Part shown: in pieces, positions 1 to 11,699 of the stretch
Layout of the letters: each line of letters starts with the position of its first letter
How positions within the stretch are numbered: the first letter of the stretch is position 1
Origin: Hypanus sabinus
Taxonomy: Eukaryota
NCBI RefSeq assembly: GCF_030144855.1
Contig: NC_082716.1
Coordinates: forward strand, 53,382,001 to 53,446,000
Direction of reading: 5' to 3'
Length of the DNA: 64,000 bases
Program-made: the position numbers and the translations under genes
The notes under the pieces: model-generated
Told to the model about the DNA's origin: nothing
Seen by the model: only the letters and a program-made list of their open reading frames with translations
Databases searched by the model: none

Positions 1-79
1 AGTCACAAAGTACGCTCCAGGATTTGCTAAAGGAGTAGAACATAGAATATGAGAGTAAATTAGCAAGAAATGTAAAAAC

Positions 80-1410
80 AATTTCAGTTTATTAGAACTG
101 ATTACACAATTAAAGAGTACACAATTGTATTTAGTAAATGCACCTTTGGCAACAATTATAGCCTTGAGTCTGTGTGGATAGGTCTCTATCGGCTTTGCAC
201 ATCTGGGCACTGCAATTTTTCCCCTTTTTAAAAAAAAACTGCTCAAGCTCTGTCAGATTGCATGGGGATCATGAGTGAACAGTCCCTTTCAAGCTCAGCC
301 ACAAATTCTCAATTGGATTGAGGTCTGGACTCTGACTTGGCCACTCCAGGACATTAACTTTGTTCTTTTTAAGCCATCCCTTTATGGCTTTATGCTTGTG
401 GTCATTGTCTTGCTGGAAAACAAATCTTCTCCCAAGTCACAGCTCTCTTGCAGACTGCATCAGGTTTTCCTCTAGGATTTCCCTGTATTCTGCTGCATGA
501 TGCAGCCACCACCATACTTCATGGTGGGGATGGTGTGCTTTTGATGATGTGCAATGCAGTGTTTAGTCTGATGGCCAAAAAGCTCAAGTTTGGTTTCATC
601 CCTTCTTCCAGCTGTCTTCAGAGTCTCCCACATGCCTTCTGGCAAACTCTAGCTGAGATTTCATATGAGTGTTTTTCGATGGTAGCTTTCTCTTTGCCAC
701 TCTTCCATAAAGCTGTGACTGGTAAGCACCCGGGCAACAGTTGTTGTATACATATGCTCCCCCATCGCAGTGACTTAGTATCTCCTCCAGAGTCGTCATA
801 GGTTTTTTGGTGGCTTCCGTCACTAGTCCCTTTCTTGCATAGTCACTCAATTTTTGAGGATAGCCTGCTCTAGGCAGATTTACAGCTGTGCCATATTCTT
901 TCCATTTTTTGATGATTGACTTAACTCAACTCCAAGGATATACAGTGACTTGTAAATCTTCTTGTGTCCATCTCCTGAACTGTGCTTTTCAATGATCCTT
1001 CCATGGAGTTGCTTGGAGTGTTCTTTTGGCTTCATGGTGTAGTTTTATTTTGAACCTTCCAGGTACAGATGTACTTTTACTACAATTTATAGAAACACCA
1101 TGACTGCACCCCAGGTCTCCAAAAATAAATATCTATTTAACTAATAATGTGACTTCCAAAACCAATTGGTGGCATCAGTTATGATTTGGTGTGTCATATT
1201 AAAGGAGTTGAGTACATATGCAATCGTTTTGTGTTTTATATTTGTAATTAATTTAGATCCCTTTGTAGAGATCTGATTTCACTTTATCCTGAAAGACACT
1301 TTTTCTGTTGATCAGTGTCCAAAAAGTCAAATTAAATCCACTGTGATTCAATGTAAAACAATAAAATATGAAAACTTCCAAGGAGCAGTGAAAACTTTTT
1401 ATAGGCACTG
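80..1410 (-). mobile_element. Tc1-like DNA transposon remnant (internally deleted, one terminus visible)
   Basis: Minus ORF 596-850 (LVTEATKKPMTTLEE...LYGRVAKRKL...LEFARRHVGDS) resembles the Tc1 transposase HTH region; the element ends ...ataggcactg|TA at 1410-1412 (CAGTG terminus + TA). Confidence 0.85.
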
Positions 1411-1419
1411 TATTGTCCT

Positions 1420-2490
1420 TCCGTTTCCTCACCATCCTCTATGTGGTAAATGTTGCCTCTCGGGTCCTATTTAAATCTACCCCCTCTCACTTTAAGCGTA
1501 TGTCCTCTAAATTTAGACTCCTCAGAGAAAATACTTTGCTTATTCATCTTACTTAAGCCTTTCTTGATTTTATAAACCCCTATGAAGTCATCCCTCAGCC
1601 TCCTATATTCCAGGAAAAAAAGTCCTAAACAATCTAATCTCTGCAGCCTCTCCTTCTAACCAAAACTCTCCAGCCTTGCTGATGTCCTCATAAGTCTTCT
1701 CTGTATGCTCTCCAGTTTAGTATAATCCTTCTTAAAGTGGGGTGACAGGAACTGTACGCAGAACTCAACTATTGTCTAACCAACATCTTATATATTTGTA
1801 ACATAATGCCCCTATTCCTGTACTCAGTATCCTGACTGAAAAAGACAAACATGTCCATGTGACTTCCTCACAACCCTAACTACCTATTTTGCCACTTTCA
1901 AGGAATTATGTGCTGCATCCCTAGATCTCTCTATTCTACAACATCATCCAGGCACTGCCATTTACTGTGTAAGATTTGCTGTATTTTATCTTACCAAAAT
2001 GCAACACCTCACATTTATCTGAAATAAACTCCATCTGCCATATTCCACCCTACTGGTCCTATTGACTGAGATCCCATTGAAATCATAGCCTTCTTCACTG
2101 TCCTCTAAATCACCAATTTTAGTATCATCCTCAAAATGACTAACTATGTTCTCATCCAAATACCTAACATGAATGATGGACAATAACATCAATGCCTGTG
2201 GTACACCACAAGTCACAGGACTCCAGTCTAATAAACTGCTCTCCACCACATCCCCTAAGTTACTATCTTTTTGTATTTTGTATTAAATTGCCTAACTTGC
2301 TCTGGATCCCATGTAGTCTCATTTTCCAGACACCCCTACAATGTGATAGCTTGTCAAAGGCTTTGCCAAAGTCTATGTAGACAAAGTGTACTGCACTTCC
2401 CTCAACTATCCTCTTGCTTACCTCTTCATAAAAACTCAACTGTATTTGTAAGACATGATGTCAAAAGGCAATGCTGACTATCCCTAATCA
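1420..2490 (-). mobile_element. CR1 LINE 3' fragment, degenerate
   Basis: Minus ORF 1986-2249 (DWSPVTCGVPQ...FEDDTKIG) matches CR1 RT GVPQG and FADDTK motifs. Confidence 0.85.
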
Positions 2491-2493
2491 AAT

Positions 2494-3925
2494 GTTCAAA
2501 GTAAATTTATAATCAAAATGCATATATGTCACACTACACAACTCTGTGATTGATTTTCTTGTGGGTATATTCAGTAAATCCACAATAGAAAAATAACTAT
2601 AATAGAATCAATGAAAAACTGCACAAACTTGGGCATTCAACCAGTGTGAAAAGACAATAAGCTGTGCAAATACAACAAAAAAGCAATAAATAGCAGGAAC
2701 ATGAGATGAAGAGTCCTTGATGTTGAGTCCATAAGTTGTGGGAGCATTTCAATGATGGTGCAACTGAATTGAGTGATGTTATCCGCTGTGGTTTAAGGAA
2801 ATGATGGCTGAAGGATAATAATTGCTCCTGAACCTGGTGGTATGAGTCCTGGGGCTCTTGTCATGGTTGTGACTATCCCTTGAGGTCAAGGATGATGGTC
2901 TTCATTCTGTTGATCTATCACAGAGCGAAGACACCTGTGCTTGTATTTGTTTAATGTGTACATGATGTTGCACTCCAAGAAGCACACGATACTTCACAAA
3001 TCAACCAACTGATTCCAATGCCATGGAAACCACGACGAATGGAGCTGATGGATTTGTTGCAGCCTTCATCCGCCTTCACAGCCATTGAGTTAAAAGTAAC
3101 TTTGTCCACCTGTTCCATCGTTGAGGTCTTGGTTGGATTGTTCTTTGTCAGGGACCTCACTTCCGACCTTACCGCCATGGGTGACCCTACCAGGAGCATA
3201 GCTCCAGATAGCATTGCTCTCAGGATCTCAGGACCACATAAGCTTCTCCACTATGACAAGCTGACAATCCATGGAGAACCGAGGCTCTTGTACCTTCTTC
3301 CTAATGGCAGTTCTGGGTGATGTGGATCCCTGATGATAGATGCTGCTTTCCTTCAACAACACTTTGTGTAGATGTGCTCAATGGTAGGGAGGGCCTTACC
3401 CATGATAGTCTGGGCTGTATCCACTACTTTTTGTTGGATTTTACATTCAAGGACATTGATATTTCCATAGCTGGCTGTGATGCAGCCAGTCAAAATGCTT
3501 TCCACTACACATCTATAGATGTTTGTCGAAGTTTTAAATATCCTGCTGAATCTTTGCAAACTCTTAAGGAAGTAGAAATGCTGCCATGTTTTCTTCATCA
3601 TTGCACTTACACGCTGTGCCCAAGACAGGTCCTCCAAAATGTTAACACTGAGGAATTTGCGGACCCTCTTTGCCTCTGATGCTCTGAAGAGGACTGGCTA
3701 ATGAACCTTTGGTTTCTTTCTGCTGAAGTCAATAATCAGCTCCTTGGTCTTGCTGACATTGAGTAAGAGGTTGTTGTTATGGCACCACTCAGCCAGATTT
3801 TTAATCTCCCTCCTCTATGGTGATTTGTCACCACCTTTGATTTAGCCCGTGACAATGGCGCCATCAGCAAACTTGAATATGACATTGGAGGTGTGCTTAG
3901 CCACACAGTCATAGGTGTAAGGTGA
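2494..3925 (-). mobile_element. Rex1/Babar-like LINE 3' portion, interrupted by an insertion at 2862-3280
   Basis: Minus ORF 3353-3637 (EDLSWAQRVSAMMKK..YFLKSL..NIYRCVVESILTGCITA) is typical of the Rex1-type C-terminus; the 3' tail resembles those at 7690-7810 and 28540-28665. Confidence 0.8.
2862..3280 (-). mobile_element. Non-autonomous RTE-derived short element
   Basis: 11-bp TSD g(g/a)ggctcttgt at 2851-2861 and 3281-3291; minus-strand head cttgtcatagtggagaagctt...gctcctggtagggtcacccatggc resembles RTE/Expander 5' UTRs. Confidence 0.75.
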
Positions 3926-4740
3926 GACATGATTTTCCATGCCAAAGACAGTGTTGACAATTACTAATCAGTCCTTGCTGGTAGATCCTTTCACTCAGAA
4001 TTCCCTCCAATAACTCACCCACCACTGATGTTAGGTTCATTGGTTCATAGTTCCCGGGAATTTCCTTGAAACCTTCCTCAAATGAAGACACTATATTAAT
4101 CATCCTCCAGTCTTCCAGTGACTCACCCACAGCTATTAATAAAACAAGCCCCTCCAGCAAAGGCCCCATAATTGTTCTCAGCTTTTCACAATGCCCTAGG
4201 ATACACTTGAGCAGATCTCAGGTATTTATCTATATACAGCATACTTTAAGATATTTAGCACTTCCTTTTCTGTAATATGGACTTCCTTCAGGACAACTCC
4301 TTGAGTCACCTAGCATCCATGTCTATTTCCTCAGTAAATAGAGAGGCAAAATATTCAAATGCCAACTCTTTATTCCTTTCTATAGATGCTCCCTGTCCTG
4401 CTGAGTTCCTCCAGCATTTTGTGTGTGTTACTCAAGAAATATTCATTAAGGATCTCATCCACCTCCTGTGGATCCACACTTGTGACCTCACTTATCTTTA
4501 AGGGTCCTATCATCTCCCTAGTTACCTTTCTGCCCTCAATATAGTTACATAATCTCCGGATTTGCCTTGATCTTATCTGCCAAGGCTATCTCATGCTCTC
4601 TTTTAGCCCTCCTATTTGCCCTCTTAGGTGTACTACTACATCCTGCATAATCCTCAAGGAATTCACTTGACCTAGCTGTGTATACCTGACATATGCCTCC
4701 TTTTTCTTCTTCAGAGCCCCAATATCTCTTGTCACCTAGA
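3926..4740 (-). mobile_element. CR1 LINE internal fragment
   Basis: ORF 3909-4169 (EDWRMINIVSSF..PGNYEPMNLTSVVGELLEGI) matches the CR1 WRxANVxPLFKKG...NYRPVSLTS region. Confidence 0.85.
4358..4436 (+). mobile_element. Short Penelope pLTR-end insertion inside CR1
   Basis: gatgct..cctgctgagttcctccagcattttgtgtgtgtt is homologous to 7513-7558; 9-bp TSD aaatattca at 4349-4357 and 4437-4445. Confidence 0.8.
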
Positions 4741-4852
4741 GCTGCAAATTAGCTGACATCAAACTGAAAGGTGCTACCCTCGTTTGAATTGTTCAGTAGA
4801 ATACATTAGAAGCTGCTCGCTTCCATTCAAATGTGCCCCAGAAGACACGTAC

Positions 4853-4916
4853 CTCTCATTAAAAAATAATGCAATTGCTGCTTTAACATGCTGTATAGAT
4901 CCAACCGCTGTGAGCA
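4853..4916 (-). other. Candidate 64-nt exon of an unidentified minus-strand gene
   Basis: Minus strand catttatttcttgaaacAG|TGCTCACAGC...AATGAGAG|GTacgt in non-repetitive sequence; no transcript evidence. Confidence 0.3.
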
Positions 4917-5227
4917 CTGTTTCAAGAAATAAATGACTTCCACGATTATTTTAACGTGTATATGATCACTTTTTATGCAAGTTCAGAATGAAAATTCTTC
5001 CATGTCGCCAATGGAAAGAATCAGTTTCTGTGGCATTGTGTTGCCAAAATGTATTTCTCATTTAGTAAACAAGTTTACTGAGATCTTGGTGCAGCAGCTA
5101 TGATATATTATTGGAACTGGGGGGTGAACTACAAGAAATACATATTATTTTAATTATTCAGTTATGTTAAACAGATTGAAAGAAAATTGGCTTGGATTCT
5201 TGTCAGTATATCAGACAGAGGACTTAC

Positions 5228-5236
5228 CTGATCAAG
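5228..5236 (-). other. Candidate 9-nt microexon (CTTGATCAG)
   Basis: Minus strand cctttcttgttttaaacAG|CTTGATCAG|GTAAGTc: consensus donor and pyrimidine-rich acceptor 9 nt apart, frame-preserving length. Confidence 0.45.
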
Positions 5237-5325
5237 CTGTTTAAAACAAGAAAGGAATTCAATAGACACACACAAAATGCTGGTGGAATGCAGCAGGCCA
5301 GGCAGCATCTATAGGGAGAAGCACT

Positions 5326-5360
5326 GTCGACGTTTCGGGCCGAGACCCTTCGTCAGGACT
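5326..5360 (-). ncRNA. Minimal type I hammerhead ribozyme motif (intact core)
   Basis: Minus strand gtc-CTGACGA-a-gggt-ctcg-gccc-GAAA-cGTC-gac: stem I gtc/gac, 4-bp stem II, palindromic ACGT in place of stem III, GUC cleavage triplet; matches known Penelope pLTR hammerheads. Confidence 0.75.
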
Positions 5361-5490
5361 AACTGAAAGGAAAGATAGTTAGAGATTTGAAAGTAGGAGG
5401 GGGAGGGGAAAATGCGAAATGATAGGAGAAGACCGGAGGAGGTGGGGTGAAGCTGATAGCCAGATAGGTGATTGGCAAAAGGGGTGCAGA

Positions 5491-6744
5491 GCCTCCTCTT
5501 ATTTATCCCTTGATCATGACCCCACTAAAGAGCACCAGGCCACTGTCTCCTATACCATCACCAACCTTATCAGCTCTGGGGATCTCCCATCCACTGCCAC
5601 GAACCTCATAGTTTCCACACCCCACACTTCCCGTTTCTACCTCCTACCCAAGATCCACAAACCTGCCTCTCCAGGTGGACCCATTGTCTCAGCTTGCTCC
5701 TGCCCCACCAAGCTCATTTCTGCATACCTTGACACTGTTTTATCTCCCCTTGTTCAATCCCTTCCCACCTATGTTCATGACACTTCTCACGCATTGAATT
5801 TTTTCAATAATTTTAAGTTCCCTGGCCCCAACCACCTTATCTTCACCATGGACGTCCAGTCCCTATATACCTCCATCCCCCACCAGGAAGGTCTCAAAGC
5901 TCTCTGCTTCTTTTTGGATTCCAGACTTGACCAATTCCCCTCTACCACCACTCTCCTCCGTCTAGCCAAATTAGTTCTTACTCTCAGTAATTTCTCCTTT
6001 GGCTCCTCCCACTTCCTCCAAACCAAAGGTGTAACCATGGGCACCTGCATGGGTCCCAGTTATGCCTGCCTTTTTGTTGGCTTTGTGGAACAGTCCATTT
6101 TCCAAGCCTATACGTGTATCTGTCCCCCTCTTTTCCTTTGCTACATCGACGACTGCATTGGTGCTGCCTCCTACACGCATTCTGAGCTCGTTGACTTCAT
6201 TAACTTTGCCTCCAACTTTCACCCTGCCCTCAAATTTACTTGGTCTATTTCTGACACTTCCCTCCCCTTTTTTGATCTTTCTGTCTCCATCTCTGGAGAC
6301 GGCCTATCTACTGATATCTACTATAAGCCTACAGACTCTCACAGCTACCGTGACTATTCCTCTTCCCACCCTGTCTCGTGCAAAAATGCTATCCCCTTCT
6401 CACAATTTCTCCATCTCTGCCACATCTGCTCTCAGGATGAGGCTTTTCATTCCAGGACGAAGGAGATGTCTTCCTTTTTTAAACAAAGGGGCTTCCCTTC
6501 GTCCACCATCAACTCTGCTCTCAAATGCATCTCTCCCATTTCCCACACATCTGCCCTCACCCCATCCGCCCACCACCCCACTCGGAATAGGGTTCCCCTT
6601 GTTCTTACCTACCACCACACTAGCCTCCGGATACAATGTATAATTCTCCGTAACTTCTGCCACCTCCAACAGGACCCACTACCAAGCACGTATTTCCCTC
6701 CCCCCCCCCCCTTCTGCTTTCCGCAGGGATCGCTCCCTACGTGA
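5491..6744 (+). pseudogene. Penelope reverse transcriptase (N-truncated; frameshift at poly-C about 6700-6711)
   Basis: FYLLPKIHKP, TMDVQSLYTSIPH, QTKGVTMGTCMGPSYACLF, YIDD and TDIYYKPTDSH motifs; the first about 24 aa of ORF 5419 come from the inverted pLTR. Confidence 0.92.
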
Positions 6745-6853
6745 CTCCCTTGTCCATTCGTCCCCCCCATCCCTTCCCACCAATCTCCCTCCTGACACTT
6801 ATCCTTACACTTCCTCCCTCACCACCATTCAGGGCCCCAGACAGTCCTTCCAG

Positions 6854-7180
6854 GTGAGGCAACACTTCACCTGTGAGTCAGCTGGTGTGGTATACTGCGT
6901 CTGGTGCTCCCGGTGTGGCCTTTTATATATTGGCGAGACCCGACGCAGACTGGGAGACCGTTTCGCTGAACACCTACACTCTGTCCACCAGAGAAAGCAG
7001 GATCTCCCAATGGCCACACATTTTAATTCCACATCCCATTCCCATTCTGATATGTCTATCCATGGCCTCCTCTACTGTCAAAATGAATCCAAATTCAGGT
7101 TGGAGGAACAACACCTTATATACCGGCTGGGTAGCCTCCAACCTGATGGCACGGACATTGACTTCTCTAACTTCCGTTAA
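6854..7180 (+). pseudogene. Penelope GIY-YIG (Uri) endonuclease domain
   Basis: GVVYCVWCSRCGLLYIGETRRRLGDRFAEH...RLEEQHLIYRLGSLQPDG. Confidence 0.92.
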
Positions 7181-7461
7181 TGCCCCTCCCCTTCTTACCA
7201 CATCCCTGATATATTTAGTTTTTTTTCTCTCTCTGCCCATCATTCTGCCTTTTCTCCATCTCCCTCTGGTGCTCCCCTTCCCCTTTCTTTCTCCCTTGGC
7301 CTCCGTCCCATGATCCTTTCCCTTCTCTAGCTCTGTATCCCTTTTACCAATCACCTGTCTGGCTCTCAACTTCACCCCACCCCCTCCGGTCTTCTTCTAT
7401 CATTTCACATTTTCCCCTCCCCCTCCTACTTTCAAATCTCTTACTATCTTTCCTTTCAGTT

Positions 7462-7496
7462 AGTCCTGACGAAGGGTCTCGGCCTGAAACATTGAC
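7462..7496 (+). ncRNA. Hammerhead motif in the 3' pLTR, degenerate
   Basis: agtcCTGACGAagggtctcggcctGAAAcattgac: core present but ACGTC is decayed to ACATT (CpG transitions). Confidence 0.6.
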
Positions 7497-7911
7497 AGAG
7501 CTTCTCTGTACAGATGCTGCCTGGCCTGCTGTGTTCCACCAGCATTTTGTGTGTGTTGCTTGAATTTCCAGCAACTGCAGATTTCCTAGTATTTGTTAGG
7601 AATTCAATAGGATCCATTCAATCAACTAGTTTATCTTGTGGAGGAGGGGAATGGGTACAATCCCTTACACAAGTTTATCTGTCTTTACTTTGTGTAGTTT
7701 TTCACAAATTCTATTGTATTTCTTTATTTCCCTGTAAATGCCTTCAAGAAAATGAATATCAAGGTTATATATAGTGACATATACATACTTTGAGAATAAA
7801 TTTACTTTGGCCGACTTTGAAATCCACATGTCATATGCTAAGGAATTGTGCCCTTACACTGCCAAATACAGACAACTTTGAAGGCCAGGTCCTCACTGCT
7901 CATTACTGCAC

Positions 7912-8034
7912 AGAAGTACAGGCCAGATCATTTAACAGTTATTATTGGCAAGATGGTAGAGTCAATATCCAAGAAGGAGAAAGCTGGTCATTTAGGAAAG
8001 CTAAGTATAGTTAACCTGGTCAACTTGGTTTTAA
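7912..8034 (+). repeat. Left arm of an inverted repeat pair (old CR1 RT fragment)
   Basis: Reverse complement of 10431-10553; 2 mismatches in the first 57 nt; both translate YRPDHLTxIIGKMVESI. Confidence 0.85.
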
Positions 8035-9881
8035 AGAAAGGTAAATCACATTTTCAGGATTCATCTGTCTTAAGATTGGAGCAATGCTACTGAGAAGGGG
8101 AAACAAGAAATCATCTTTTCCATTTAGGGTAGTAGAATTTCAGTACTTCATTTCAAATGACTGTGGATACTTTGATATTGAGAGCTTTAATGTTTGAAAG
8201 TGATGAGAGTTTAAGCATGGCTTTCAAAGGACTTGGTTCCTGGTAGCTCAAAAAATGCTGGGTTCAGATCAGCCATGGCATAGCTGAAAGCTGGAGCAGA
8301 TCCAATAGCTTGTGCAACCAGCTGCTGTTCCCATGTTCCATGAGGACTGTATTTTCTTATCATGGTACTCAAAAGCCGATCCTCACTCCAATCAAACCGG
8401 AAGATCAACCTTGTACTGCCAAACGCATTCAGCCACTAAGCTGGCAGCATGAATATGACCAGCAGTTGTTTTCTTTTTGTTGCCTCTTTTAGTTGAGCTT
8501 ATGTGGCAAGTCGTTACATATAAATTGCTCATATACTTGGCAGTTAATAAAAAAAAACTTGTATCAATTATGCAGCTTCCCTGTCATTGGCAGATAACCA
8601 AGTAACAACAGCCTGTTGCACATAAAATAAGTAATAATCCAACTTAAGTGTGCGCAAAACAATTTTTTAAACTAGATCTCCAATGGCCCCTTTAATGCAT
8701 TGCCACTGATGAACAAAGGGTATTAAATGTGCTCATCCATGAAGAAGCTGTTGATTGTGCCGCACATCAGCTTTGCTGTTGCTTGGTGTCCAGTAGGAGA
8801 ATAGAGATACAAATGGAAAATGAAATGTGATTTGTTACTGCTGAAGTGAACATTATGAAGCTAGACAACAAAGCAAAGCTCTTTAATGAAGAGCATGGAT
8901 GGAATTTATATCAACTGCTTCAATCAAGTAGGTTGATTTTTCTCTCTGTAACACCTACCATAAAATTTATAAAACATTAAGTAACCATCAATCAACATTT
9001 GTCTATGAGTCACAGCTTCTTTTTCTATTCACATTATTGACATGTAAGCAGACCAGACTGTAATGCCTGTACTTCAGGAGTTCCCCGTGGGGTAATATGC
9101 AGTATTCATCCAAGTGGGAAATATGGAGACCGTAAGAAGTTGTGAGTGGTATATTTGAGATTCTTCTCAGACCATTCACATGTACACATCAATGTCCATT
9201 TGATTGAATGCACCATACAGCGTATCACCATTTAAATATGCCACACAGACTGATAGTAAAATAAAATTAAAAATAGATTACCTTTGAAATAAAACAACCT
9301 ATCGATTATTTAGGTTAACATCTGCCTCAAATATTTGCATTTGTCAGCAGCCCAAAGTGACAAAATTTACCATACCAAGCTCTACATTATGATAATGTTG
9401 AAATGGACTTCCTGAAACACTTCCTTGTTTCCTCTTCTTTTACTATTTAAAGGGATATTGCTGGCATTTGGATGCCTGAATCGACGTCTGAACCGCAACT
9501 CAATGAATATTCATATAGCGTGCATGAAATGGACATCCTTCATAGATGAACAATGTTAGGCCAGCAGTTACCAAGCCAATGTGATTTGTCTCTGGACACT
9601 TATTTATGTTATTTGTCCTAATGAGAAAGCTTTGACATTTTGGTTTTCTGCAGATTACTCAAATGTGTGTTTAAATATTCTCATAATATTGCAGTGTTCC
9701 CTGTGTCCATACTGTCTTGCCACTAGAAAGTTGCTCCCTTTGATTTTGATTTTATACAGATGAACTTGATAACTACAAGAGTCTTCACCCTAGATTGGCC
9801 AGCTTCACACCACTGTCTATGAAAAGAGGCAGCATGAGAAGCCACAGCGGAAGGTGAAGTGGTGACCATCAATGTACTTAC

Positions 9882-9904
9882 TGAACCTGCGTATCAGAGA
9901 ACCT
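9882..9904 (-). other. Candidate 23-nt exon
   Basis: Minus strand tttctgttgttatctacccaccctctcAG|AGGTTCTCTGATACGCAGGTTCA|GTAAGT. Confidence 0.35.
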
Positions 9905-10019
9905 CTGAGAGGGTGGGTAGATAACAACAGAAATTATTTTTAACTCTCAGTTCACACAACCATCATTTCATCTTCCACACCAAGAGCTGAGGCACCTGAC
10001 CAACCAGGAAACTCAGATA

Positions 10020-10570
10020 CACAATGTCTGGTCTCTGCTATATTGACTCTTTGCCTCAAAGCATTCTTATCACAGCATGCCCTATCATCTATTTTCATAT
10101 CAGTTTCGATTTCTATACTGTTCCTTCCTTCAGGTCGTTAATGCAAATTGTGAACAATGCAAACAGTGGGCCAAGAACTGATCTCCACAGTACTCCACTT
10201 GTGACCTGCTTCTAATCTGAAAAGGGCCCATTTATTCCAAATCTCCGTCTTTGATGAGATTGCCATTTTTATTCCATGCAACACACCTCCTCTAATACCA
10301 TGGGCTTCTACTTTATACACCAGCCTCCTATGTGACATATTTTCTAATGTCTTTTAGAAATCTAAATACACTACATCTAAAAGTTCCCTTCCATTAACAA
10401 CTCTTCATGTTATATCCTTGTAAATTTGTCTTAAAACCATGTGAACAGGTTTAACTGTATTTGGCTTTCCTAAGTGATTAGTTTTTACCTTTTTGAATAT
10501 TGACTCTACCATCTTGCCAATTATAAATGTTAAATGATCTGGCCTGTACTTCTCAATCTTTCCTCCTTTG
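10020..10570 (-). mobile_element. Old CR1 fragment, including the right arm (10431-10553) of the inverted repeat
   Basis: ORFs 10138-10338 (SHRRLVYKVEAHGIRG) and 10405-10605 (KGGKIEKYRPDHLT). Confidence 0.8.
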
Positions 10571-11067
10571 TGAACAAGGGATTCGCAGAGGCTATGTTTC
10601 CACACTTCTGATGCCTACTTGGAGTTTCACAAATTATGAACATTTTCAACTAATTAGTGCAGTATTTCTGGATCCCCTTTCTATAACCTACCTCTGTGTT
10701 CTGTGTATTGTGTTTAGTTCTGGTTGCCAGGGGTAGCAGTTGAAGCTGATGCATTAGGAGTATTTAAGGGACTCTTTGCAACTACCCCACTTTTTACTTC
10801 CTCCTCTATCTTTTCTAAATCTTAGAAAACCTGGGACATAAATGCAGGTGGCTCTCATCTATTTCTCTCTGTCTTAGCCTAACTGGAGTTGTTTTTTTCA
10901 TGAGTCTGCCTTTTGGCAACTTGAACTGTATGTAGATTAGAGGGTATAAAATGGCTATGATAGAATGAGGGTGGAGAGATGATAAGGGACATATGGTTGG
11001 AGTAACAGTTTGTTGATTGTGATTCTATGTTTGCGATGGTGTGTGGAAATGTAAAAGAGTGAGTGTA

Positions 11068-11071
<4 letters not shown>

Positions 11072-11118
<47 letters not shown>
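11072..11118. repeat. Compound (TG)n(GA)n microsatellite
   Basis: Directly visible. Confidence 0.95.
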
Positions 11119-11699
11119 CTATAAAAGCAGCATTTTTCGTGGGTGAATCTCACCTTTGACTTTATGGAGCTTGTGGCATTGAGATTTTCACTTCTGGGAA
11201 GACTGCAGTTGCCACTCAGAGCCAAACTCTTCTGGAGTGACCCTTGCAGGACTCCTACTCTTGCTCTGCTCTGAGCTATACACTACCACCAACTCCATCC
11301 ATCTTATCTCCCTCCTGTAATTCATGCACCAAGTTTTCCAAGCCCATTTTTTAAATCTGAGAACTCTTCCTCAGTGCAATCACACTGTACTCAATTACAC
11401 AGAATTTGTTACGTCTGTGCACAACTACATATATTGTAGTGGCGCGCAAAGCGCTACAAAAGGAACACAAGGAGGCAGAGAGAGCTGAACTCAGAATAGC
11501 TTTACTAATTCAAACTCGCGCACTTAAATCCCCCCTCCCATGGGTCCCTACGACCAGCGGGGCAGACGTGATGTCAGACTGTCCCCAGGAGGTCCGCCTC
11601 GAGTGGGCCGTGCGTCTGCCTGCAGCTCCCGATGGCGGTTCAAGATCCGTGTGTGCGGACCACCACACCACCCACACCCCCCTGCCCAGAAACGTCCAT

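Larger units (their letters stand above)
5266..7597 (+). mobile_element. Penelope-like retroelement (Neptune-like), 5'-truncated, with inverted 5' pLTR
   Basis: Perfect 13-bp TSD aggaattcaatag at 5253-5265 and 7598-7610; 5266-5490 is an inverted copy of about 7331-7556; RT and GIY-YIG ORFs inside. Confidence 0.95.

Noticed and set aside
9276-9300. Possible recursive splice site (ttttatttcaaAG|GTaatc, minus strand)
   Set aside because: AAG acceptor and a weak donor; insufficient without nascent RNA saw-tooth data
9052-9856. Plus-strand exon-like segments (9052-9141 ending at GTGAGT; acceptors near 9451 and 9759)
   Set aside because: The frames end in stops quickly, downstream donors are weak and there is no recognisable protein. 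Not excluded, but unsupported without RNA data.
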